Below, piece after piece: positions 54,398 through 64,000 of a stretch of 64,000 nt of DNA. Location of the stretch: positions 12,474,464 to 12,538,463 of the forward strand of contig NC_043011.1 in the NCBI RefSeq assembly GCF_006345805.1, given 5' to 3'. The notes beneath the pieces are model-generated. The model ran no database searches and had not been told where the DNA came from. It saw only the letters and a program-made list of their open reading frames with translations. The first letter of the stretch is position 1. Every line of letters starts with the position of its first letter. A program made the translations under genes and the position numbers. Origin of the DNA: Octopus sinensis. Taxonomy: Eukaryota.

Positions 54398-54790
54398 TTT
54401 TCTCTTTTACTTGTTTCAGTCCTTTGACTGCGGCCATGCTGGAGCAACACCTTTAATCGAGCAACTCGACCCCGGGACTTATTCTTTGTAAGCCCAGTAC
54501 TTATTCTATCGGTCTCTTTTTGCTGAACCGCTAAGTGACGGGGACATAAACACACCAGCATCGGTTGTCAAGCAATACTAGGGGGACAAACACAGACACA
54601 CAAACACACACACACACACACACATACATACACGCACACATATATATATATACATATATACGACAGGCTTTCAGTTTCTGTCAACCAAATCCACTCACAA
54701 AGCTTTGGTCGGCCCGAGGCTATAGTAGAAGACACTTGCCCAAGGTGCCATGCAGTGGGACTGAACCTGGAACCATGTGGCTGGTAAACA
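54398..54790 (-). mobile_element. SINE family A
   Basis: Family match. Confidence 0.9.
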
Positions 54791-55444
54791 AGATATTTCT
54801 TTATATATATCACAAAAATATACTACTTTATCACATGCGTTTTGTAGTTATATTGTACCACCAAATTTAAAACAAAGTAGCATACAATCAGATAAAGGAC
54901 ACTTAGCCAAAATTCTGAAGTAATTGTCAAACTTTTCTTGTAAAATAATACTCACACATACACATACATATTTTATCCTTGTATATCATAAGAAGGGACA
55001 AAAGGAGTTGGCAGCAGGAAGGGCATACACTTGTTGAACATTAGCACTTAAAAAGAAATGTATTGATTACGATTATCCTGTCATGGCGCCAATATGAGTA
55101 ACCACATATTGGCAAAGAAAACAGCTTTAATTTGTTGCTGTTGTTGTACATACACACAAAAGCATACACAAACACACACACACACACACACATGTATTTA
55201 CATACACATTTATGTGGAACAAGCTAGATCTATCCCCTTCATCCAGTTGTGCTTGTTTGGATTTGTATGACTGATCCTTCAGCCATTTCTACCTTCCATA
55301 GCATGTGACAGTCTTTCCTAGGGGTATCTTATGTCACCTATGTCACTGATTTATGAGTGTAGTCATAGGGAAACCAGTGCAGTTTCAATCATTTGTATCT
55401 CTCCGGTGCAATGTGTCACCAACAGGACAGTTTTTTACATATTC

Positions 55445-55655
55445 TCTTTTACTCTTTTACTTGTTTCAGTCATTTGACTGTGGCCATGCTGGAGCACCAC
55501 CTTTAATCGAGCAACTCAACCCCCGGGACTTATTCTTTGTAAGCCCAGTACTTATTCTATCGGTCTCTTTTGCCGAACCGCTAAGTGATGGGGACATAAA
55601 CACACCAGCATCGGTTGTCAAGCAATACTAGGGGCCAAACACAGACACACAAACA

Positions 55656-55726
<71 letters not shown>

Positions 55727-55872
55727 TACGACGGGCTTCTTTCAGTTTCCGTCTACCAAATCCACTCACAAGGCTTTGGTCAGCCCGAGGCTATAGTAGA
55801 AGACACTTGCCCAAGGTGCCACACAGTGGGACTGAACCCGGAACCATGTGGTTGGTAAGCAAGCTACTTACC
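55445..55872 (-). mobile_element. SINE family A
   Basis: Family match. Confidence 0.9.
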
Positions 55873-55984
55873 ACACAGCCACTCCTGCACCTATATGTAA
55901 CTATCTAGGCATAGAAACAATAAGTGAAATTTTGAACATCATGTTGTTATGATTATAAACTCTTGGGCATAATGAAAATTGGAT

Positions 55985-56335
55985 CCATAGTTCAAATTCC
56001 GCCGAGGTCGACTTTGCCTTTCATCCTTTCGGGGTCGATTAAATAAGTACCAGTTACGCACTGGAGTCGATATAATCGACTTAATCCGTTTGTCTGTCCT
56101 TGTTTGTCCTCTCTGATTTTAGCCCTTTGTAGGTAGTAAAGAAATAGGTATTTCGCCTGCCGCTATGTTCTGAGTTCAAATTCCACTGAGGTCGACTTTG
56201 CCTTTCATCCTTTCGGGGTCGATTAAATAAGTACCAGTTATGCAATGGGGTCGATATAATCGACTTAATCCGTTTGTCTGTCCTTGTTTGTCCTCTCTGT
56301 GTTTAGTCCCTTGTGGGTAGTAAAGAAATGGATAT
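55985..56335 (+). mobile_element. SINE family D, tandem dimer (184-bp period)
   Basis: agttcaaattcc...gtcgactttgcctttcatcctttcggggtcga at 55989 and 56173; other copies at about 21590-21730, 24770-24975 and 28810-29030, plus many decayed ones. Confidence 0.8.
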
Positions 56336-56488
56336 TGGAGTTATGAAAGGATAAAAGCACAGTGATTTGCAAACAGCAACAAAAGTATGATGGGTACAAC
56401 AGAGATATGTGAGAAAGGAGATTGAAACGAAGAGTCAAGAAGAAATTCACAATAACATAAATGTAGGAATATCAAAATAAAAAATAAA

Positions 56489-56900
56489 TAGGTGCAGGAG
56501 TGGCTGTGTGGTAAGTAGCTTGCTAACCAATCACATGGTTCCGGGTTCAGTCCCACTGCATGGCATCTTGGGCAAGTGTCTTCTGCTATAGCCCCGGGCC
56601 GACCAATGCCTTGTGAGTGGATTTGGTAGACGGAAACTGAAAGAAGCCTGTTGTATATATGTATATATACATGTGTGTATGTGTATGTGTTTGTGCGTCT
56701 GTGTTTGTCCACCTAGCATTGCTTGACAACCGATGCTGGTGTGTTTACGTCCCCGTCACTTAGCGGTTCGGCAAAAGAGACCGATAGAATAAGTACTGGG
56801 CTTACAAAGAATAAGTCCCGGGGTCGACTTGCTCGACTAAAAGTGGTGCTCCAGCATGGCCGCAGTCAAATGACTGAAACAAGTAAAAGAGTAAAAGAGA
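56489..56900 (+). mobile_element. SINE family A
   Basis: Family match. Confidence 0.9.
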
Positions 56901-57758
56901 GAGCAAACACTAATGGCTAGATCCCTCAATCTATTGCACCTCAGAAAGAATGGAAGCCTGAACCTATCACTTACCATCTATCTGAATATAAGCTGAAAAG
57001 ATCAATGATGAAAAAGATTCACTACAATCATATAAACTCAGACACACATACATGTCAATGTGTGTGGAAGTGTTTGTAAATGTGTGCTTTAAATATTACA
57101 ATAATATCTAAATCATAAAAAAATCTTGTGAAGTCTAAAAAGATATTACGCTAGGTATTATATGCAAGTCCATTTTCCTTTGAAACTGATCTCCTTAGCG
57201 TCCATTTTGATTGGCAGATTTCAAGAAGCACAAGCAAAAAGCTTTGTCTTTTCATGCATTTTTTTTTTTTAGATAATACTCAGAATTGATATCAAACTTT
57301 ACCTTAGCATTTTTCTACCTCTCACATTTATGATGATAAAAATCCAAATGTTATCAACATGAGAATTTTGTTTCTTCTCTAAGCTTTATTCACAAAACTC
57401 TTCATTTACTCAAGTCCATGCCACTGACTGAAGCCTATTTTTTAACTAAGAAACAGAAAAGGAATTATGAACTTTCTAAAATTAATATACAAAGCACATT
57501 CATTTACAAAATATCAGTATATTTCTGACTTACAGCTCTTGTAATATTATCATTAGAAAATGCATAAAATAAAATTTTAATTGTTAGTAAATAGCAAGAT
57601 TTTGATAGAAATGTACAAATCATGCAGGTAGATACATACATGGACATACACATACATACACACACACATACTGTTATAATGAAAACATACACACACATAC
57701 ATGCTGTTATAATAAAAATCCTTCCTTAATGTTAGGACAAATGTAGGTAGAAAATTCG

Positions 57759-58171
57759 GATCTTTTCGGTTTGAACGGCAGTTTTTAACATAAATTCTAG
57801 GTAACTAAAAAATTTTAAACTTCGTATACTGGTAGAATGTCTTTATAAAACATCTTTTTCTCTTGGCTTTATTGAGAAAATTCTATAGATTGTAAGATAT
57901 TTGTTGTTTTTTTTTTCTTCAATTTCTGCAATTTCAACCAATCAGTGATGTCTATTGAGGTAAAAAAAACATTCTGTGCCGTATGAATATGTCCCTCATT
58001 TAAGAAACAGATTGGGTTTAATTACATTTGTGAAGAAAAAAAGATATCCTTCCCCCTAACCCTAACCCTAAAACAGATTGAAATGCAATGGATCGATACT
58101 AGGGTCATAATTATGGGTGACAATTTCATATGACACTGCTAGAAAAACTCCTGTTCAAACCGAAGAGATCC
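57759..58171 (+). mobile_element. MITE family M1
   Basis: TIRs plus exact 8-bp TSD gaaaattc (57751-57758, 58172-58179). Confidence 0.9.
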
Positions 58172-59086
58172 GAAAATTCTTACACTTAGTAGATATTCAC
58201 CTTCTTAGAACCCATCGATGCAATATAATCTTTAACAAACACACAAAATTACCTTGCCTTGTCCTCCTAATGTTAAGACATATATCAATAAGCAGCCACT
58301 GACTCAAGCCTGCCCTGGATGCACGTGTAGAGACAAATCTAAATGTTCTCTAGGGCAGAAATACAGTATATTCTCAATTGTTTACAAAGCACAGGTATCA
58401 ACAAACTATGACAACAATTGAAAAGAAATTAAGCATTATATTGGAGATGTAAAAGGAAAATTTTAATCCAAATATAACAAACATCTTTCAACTTTCAGGC
58501 ACTATGATAAGTGACATTCAAGCACTCTTTCAGTTTTAACAAGGAAACTGAAATCTGAAGGGACCAACTATGACATCAAGTGGAAAATACTTTCCAAAAC
58601 CAAATCCTGTATGAATGGGTCAAAAACATGTTCAATATGTTCTCTTGAGAGACTATATCTCTTAAAGAACTTAACTGCCTCCAAAAACTATGTATTCCAG
58701 GAATGAAAGTTTTTCTTTATGCCCACACTTAAAGAAATGCATCATGGCAGAATTGTTTAAAATTAGGACACCGGACACAGCATAATCCACTAACATCTTG
58801 TTTAGCCTTTTCAACATTTTGACATTTGTTTCTTGTAATGTTGTTAATTCTCCCCTATTTTTCTTTTTTGTCTTTTTCCTTATGAGTGTTCTTTGTTCAA
58901 ATGTCATCTGCTTAGAAAGCAACAAACTTGAAAGATAGCAAAATAAATTAATGTTTTGGCCAGGAAATCCTGGGCAGCTGTTTTTCACAAGACTTGAGTT
59001 TTTCATTATCTTTGTAACATTATCTTTACTCTCTTAACTGATTGAATACTATTCTACTAGTTGAAGCCTTACCATATAATTATATA

Positions 59087-59124
<38 letters not shown>

Positions 59125-59219
59125 CTCTCTCTATCTCTCTGTGAAACAATTAAATGAACAAAGCAGGTAAAATAACCCAGTTTCACATAAATTTCAATGG
59201 GCTTACAGCCATCAGATGT

Positions 59220-59530
59220 TGTTGTTGTTTGTTCCTTCTCGAGCCATGCCTGGCTCATAAGGGCCGGTTTCCCGATTTCTTGGTGTATAGGTTCCCCACC
59301 TGGATGGGACGCCAGTCCGTCGCAGGTGAGCTGCAAGATACAGGAGGAAAGAGTGAGAGAAAGTTGTGGCGAAAGAGTCAGCAGAAGTTTCGCCATTACC
59401 TTCTGCCGGAGCCACGTGGAGCTTAGGTGTTTCACTCATAAACACGCACATCACCCGGTCTGAGATTCGAACCCATGATCCCTCAACCGTGAGTCCGCTG
59501 CTCTAGCCACTAGGCCATGTGCCTCCACAG
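59220..59530 (-). mobile_element. SINE family B
   Basis: Family match. Confidence 0.85.
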
Positions 59531-59986
59531 CCATCAGATGTAACTCCTCACATCTGGAATGGTCTCTGCAAAAGCAGACAGATCTGAGATACTTCTACTT
59601 CTTTAACACAGCTAAAAGAGTAAGTAGATATCACATCTGTCCTCTAGCAAGGAGATATTTGATAGAGGAGTCTCTATCACAACAACATCCTAGCTTCAAA
59701 CAGTTTCAAAAAGATGATTACTTACACACGTAGCCTCCAAAGGCAAAAGTATTGTAAAGTCATCTGATTTACAACCTCTTTCTATTTCAAGCTTAAGTCC
59801 AGCATAGGTAAAGCTTCCATGTGACTTGTTTGCAAACATTTTACTCCACTCTTAGGTACACGTTTTAGGTTTCCTTCAATTACATAAACAACATGAAGCA
59901 GCTCTTTTCACACAAGACCATCTAAGGTTGCACCTGTAGAGATAATAGCATATGTCCACTCAATAATCACTGTAACCCTGATGTTC

Positions 59987-60006
59987 TTCTTCTTCTTCTT
60001 CTCCTT

Positions 60007-60039
<33 letters not shown>

Positions 60040-60480
60040 ACATTCACCCGGGGTGGGTTGAGCTGGCTTCATTCATCCTCAATGCTACATCTCTCACAAA
60101 CGCCGACCAGGCCTGGCGATTTGAGGCTAACGACTACATGATCTCCAACCACTCCTTATTCCAGCGGCGAACGCCGTAGATATGGGGGCCTAGGTTGGGT
60201 TCCAGATCAGCCTTGACTGTCATCAGCCAGGTTTTTCATTGTCCACCACGTCGCTTTCACCAACTCTGAAGGGGAGCTGGGGCAATTGCTTCGTAGCTGA
60301 ATTCTCCTGGTTGACGACGGAGGGCATGACCCAGCCAATGCAGACGTCTTGTTAGGATGACTTGATGGAGAGAGGTGATTCTGCACTGGTGTCACACCGA
60401 ATTGTTGGAGACAAAGTGATGCCTTCGGACATGAAGGATGTGGCGTAGACAGAGGTGATCGAAGGATTCTAGTCACTTAA
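59987..60480 (-). mobile_element. 5'-truncated LINE (probably RTE clade) with (GAA)n tail
   Basis: Reverse strand AGHALRRQP motif, 3' end gaagccagctcaacccaccccgggtgaatg followed by (GAA)n. Confidence 0.6.
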
Positions 60481-61207
60481 TATCTTCCACTCTCATTGGC
60501 CATGACTCGCTGCCGTAAAATATTCCTCATGTATAACCCTGATGTTATGGTGTATGAACTAGAAGTCAGGTTCACAGAGCCAAATAAAGAATCTAATATG
60601 AAATGCAATGATGGAAGACACACTCAAGAAATGTCTACACAATCACAAAACCTCATTCAGTACCTATGAGAAGTGGAATGTCACAACACTGATCAAATAC
60701 ATATAGCTTTTGAAGGTATAAAATGTAAATTACAACATTAAATACGTGCACGTGCATGCACACATGCACGCATGCACGCACTCACACACACGCACACAGG
60801 TACACACACACACACACATTAAAGTTATTTGTCACTGGCTGTTGATGAGTGTATTGAATGAAACATGATCTGGCGCTAAAAAGGCAATGAATGACAATAG
60901 TTATATTATGGAATGTTTCTGCAAGTAATCTTAATTTTTAAAGTCTCTAAAGAATTTCATAATAGAAGTATCTTGCTAAATTCTGCTTCCTTAAAGGGTG
61001 AAGTTTGGATGAAAAAGTACATGATAAATAAATCACTCAACAAATTTTTATTTTAACAAGAATTCACTTCTTGAGGCCAATTCATTTGTTATATAAGTTT
61101 TTAAACCAAAATATAACCACATATGAGGATTGAAATATAAATAGAGGTTTTGATCAGGTTCTTTGAGGTGCTTATTTGTGTGGTACTAACATTTCTGTAA
61201 AATGGTA

Positions 61208-61592
61208 AAAAATTAAATATTTCAAAAGTGTGGTAAGTAGCTTGTTTACCAACCACATGGTTCTGGGTTCAGTCCCACTTAGCCTCGGGCCGACCAAAGC
61301 CTTGTGAGTGGATTTGGTAGACAGAAACTGAAAGAAGCTCATTGTATATATGTATATATATATATATATATATATGTGCGTGTGTGTTTGTGTGTCTGTG
61401 TTTGTCCCTCTAGCATTGCTTGACAACCGATGCTGGTGTGTTTATGTCCCCGTTACTTAGCGGTTCGGCAAAAGAGACCGATAGAATAAGTACTGGGCTT
61501 ACAAAAGAATAAGTCCCAGGTTCGAGGTGCTCGATTAAAGGCGGTGCTTCAGCATGGCCGCAGTCAAATGACTGAAACTAGTAAAAGAGTAA
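61208..61592 (+). mobile_element. SINE family A, internally deleted
   Basis: Family match. Confidence 0.85.
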
Positions 61593-61614
61593 ACATTTCT
61601 TACAATCTATAATC

Positions 61615-63280
61615 ATCATCATCATCATCATCATCATTTAGCGTCCGTTTTCCATGCTAGCATGGGTTGGACGGTTCAACTGGGGTCTGGGGAGCCCGAA
61701 GGCTGCACCAGGCCAGTCAGATCTGGCAGTGTTTCTACAGCTGGATGCCCTTCCTAACGCCAACCACTCCGAGAGTGTAGTGGGTGATTTTATGTGCCAC
61801 CGACACAGGTGCCAGACGAGGCTGGCGAATGGCCACGCTCGGATGGTGTTTTTATGTGCCACCGACACAGGTGCCAGACGAGGCTGGCAGACGGTCACGC
61901 TCGGATGGTGTTTTTATGTGCCACCGACACAGGTGCCAGATGAGGCTGGCGGACGGCCACGATCGGATGGTGTTTGTTACGTCCCCAAAGCACGGAGGCC
62001 AGTCTATGCGGTACTGGCTACGGCCACGTTCGGATGATTTTCTTGTGTGCCACCGGCACTGGTACCACAAAGATACAAATTCCATTGATGTTCATCTATT
62101 TTGATTTGTTTTGATTTGATTTGATTTTCACTTGCCTCAACAGGTCTTCACAAGTGTCACAAGAAGGAAGGTATGCACAGGTAGACTGACTACGTCCCAG
62201 GTAGGGGCCACGGGTTATGGCCTGACTAGTCTTGCCAGGTCTTCGGATGGTGTTTTTATGTGCCACCGACACAGGTGCCAGATGAGGCTGGCGAACGGCC
62301 ACGATCGGATGGTGTTTGTTACGTGCCCACAGCACGGAGGCCAGTCGATGCGGTACTGGCTACGGCCACATTCGGATGGTTTTCTTGTGTGTCACCGGCA
62401 CTGGTACCACAAAGATACAAATTCCATTGATGTTCATCTATTTTGATTTGATTTGATTTGATTTTCACTTGCCTCAACAGGTCTTCACAGGTCTTCACAA
62501 GTGTCACAGGAAGGAAGGAAGGTATGCACAGGTGGACTGACTACGTCCCAAGTAGGGGCCACGGGTTATGGCCTGACCAGTCTTGCCGGGTCTTCGGTTG
62601 GTGTTTTTATGTGCCACCGACACAGGTGCCAGATGAGGCTGGCGAACGGCCACGATCGGATGGTGTTTGTTATGTGCCCACGTCACAGAGGCCAGTCGAT
62701 GCGGTACTGGCTACGGCCACGTTCGGATGGTTTTCTTGTGTGCCAACGGTACTGGTACCACAAAGATACAAATTCCATTGATGTTCATCTATTTTGATTT
62801 GGTTTGATTTGATTTGATTTGATTTTGATTTTCACTTGCCTCAACAGGTCTACACAAGTGTCACACACTTGCCTCAACAGGTCTTCACAAGTGTCATAAG
62901 TAGGTGTCACACACTTGCCTCAACAGGTCTTCACAAGTGTCATAAGTAGGAAGGTATGCACAGGTGGACTGACTACGTCGCCGGGTCTTCGGATGGTGTT
63001 TTTATGTGCCAACGACACAGGTGCCAGATGAGGCTGGCGAACGGCCACGATCAGATGGTGTTTGTTGTGCCCACAGCACGGAGGCCAGTCGATGTGGTAC
63101 TGGCTACGGCCATGTTCGGATGGTTTTCTTGTGTGCCACCGGTACTGGAACCACAAAGATACAAATTCCATTGATGTTCATCTATTTTGATTTGGTTTGA
63201 TTTTCACTTGCCTCAACAGGTCTTCACAAGTGTCACACACTTGCCTCAACAGGTCTCCACAAGTGTCACACACTTGCCTC
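61615..63280 (-). repeat. LINE-type 3' tail expanded into a hierarchical tandem array
   Basis: (GAT)n tail at 61615; three copies of a 59-60-bp unit (61789-61970); four units of about 340-395 bp starting near 61901, 62241, 62591 and 62987. Confidence 0.85.
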
Positions 63281-63931
63281 TGCCTCCTTTGATTTTTCTC
63301 ATCATTGTAATTAATAAGAACTCAATTTCAATCTAATTTCAACAGATTCTTTAGACAAATCACTACTAGAAGCCTTCAGTCTCTTGCAAATAAAAAGTCT
63401 ACATTGAAATATTAGTTTTTAGATATTTTTTTTAATATTTGCTTATGTTGAAGATTTTGAAGGAAAGTCATTAATTTGAAAATCTATAAATGTTAACTAA
63501 TTTGTAATGCACCCTTTTGGACAGTGCTTTTTTCTTTATCTTTTTCCAATAGTTGTATTTGAATATTTGTAAAACCAATTACAAAATAACTATCAGTTTA
63601 AATTTTCAAGTTGATATGTTATGTTTCAATCTTAATTCTGTCTCTATAGTTTTTTTTTAAAGACCAACATTATGTGTATTGTTACATAACAAAATATAAT
63701 TGTCACTAAAATCTTAATGATATTTACTTTGTCTCATTTTCTAAATTTGTTTATATTTTGTTAATTTTTATAAAATTGATCTTTCAATCTATAAGAAGGA
63801 AAACAAACTAAATAAGAAAATATGAAAATTAACAATGTGTCTATGATAATCACTGTTGTATTTTGACTTCAGAGAACATCTCTTTTCAGACAATGTGTGT
63901 TTACAACACAATTCATTGAAATAGAAGGACG

Positions 63932-63974
63932 TTGAGACACTAGTGTTTCAACTTGCGTGTGTCTCTTCAGTCAA
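63932..63974 (-). ncRNA. Minimal type I hammerhead ribozyme
   Basis: Minus strand TTGA-CTGAAGA-GAC ACACGCAA GTT-GAAA-CACTAGTG-TC-TCAA. 4-bp stem I, 3-bp stem II with a G.U pair, palindromic stem III, GUC site. Confidence 0.7.
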
Positions 63975-64000
63975 AGAGTTGGTATATTAATTAACTAACA

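Noticed and set aside
58161-58180. CCGAAGAGATCCGAAA hammerhead-like string
   Set aside because: Coincidence of a MITE TIR with its TSD.
60835-60875. TTGATGA...GAAACATGATC hammerhead-like string
   Set aside because: No stem II or stem I, and the UH is out of register.
61789-61970. Regularly spaced 60-bp repeats resembling a CRISPR array
   Set aside because: The 'spacers' are near-identical, the context is eukaryotic and there are no cas genes.
62275-62305. CAGATGAG-GCTGGC-GAAC in the tandem array as a hammerhead/retrozyme
   Set aside because: Core has U4A and GAAC, there is no stem III or UH, and GCCAG/CTGGC forms a different hairpin.

Overview
AT-rich, repeat-dense eukaryotic DNA. The SINE, LINE and microsatellite content looks octopod/cephalopod (inferred, not database-checked). 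The window is almost entirely intronic sequence of a minus-strand PDE4/dunce cAMP phosphodiesterase gene. Only one exon is securely identifiable: the 177-bp UCR1 exon at 35217-35393, carrying the PKA site RRESF. The six-frame track missed it. I did not find the next (HG.DLIVTPF) exon, so the downstream intron is probably over 35 kb. The rest is about 16 copies of one tRNA-derived SINE plus three other SINE families, one full-length but frameshifted mariner, RTE/CR1/Penelope LINE fragments, piggyBac-like and 8-bp-TSD MITEs (two families carry TTAGGG repeats), and long microsatellites. The main hidden signal is a dispersed set of about 9-10 type-I hammerhead ribozyme motifs. Four have an intact catalytic core, two carry a U4C variant and three are decayed. 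They sit mostly in Penelope-derived, (TA)n-associated fold-back micro-elements, and several are sense to the PDE4 pre-mRNA. Two local templated-copy events also stand out: an exact 262-bp capture between perfect inverted repeats, and 29-bp inverted SINE-head copies inside a (TA)n tract. All folds and alignments were done by eye.
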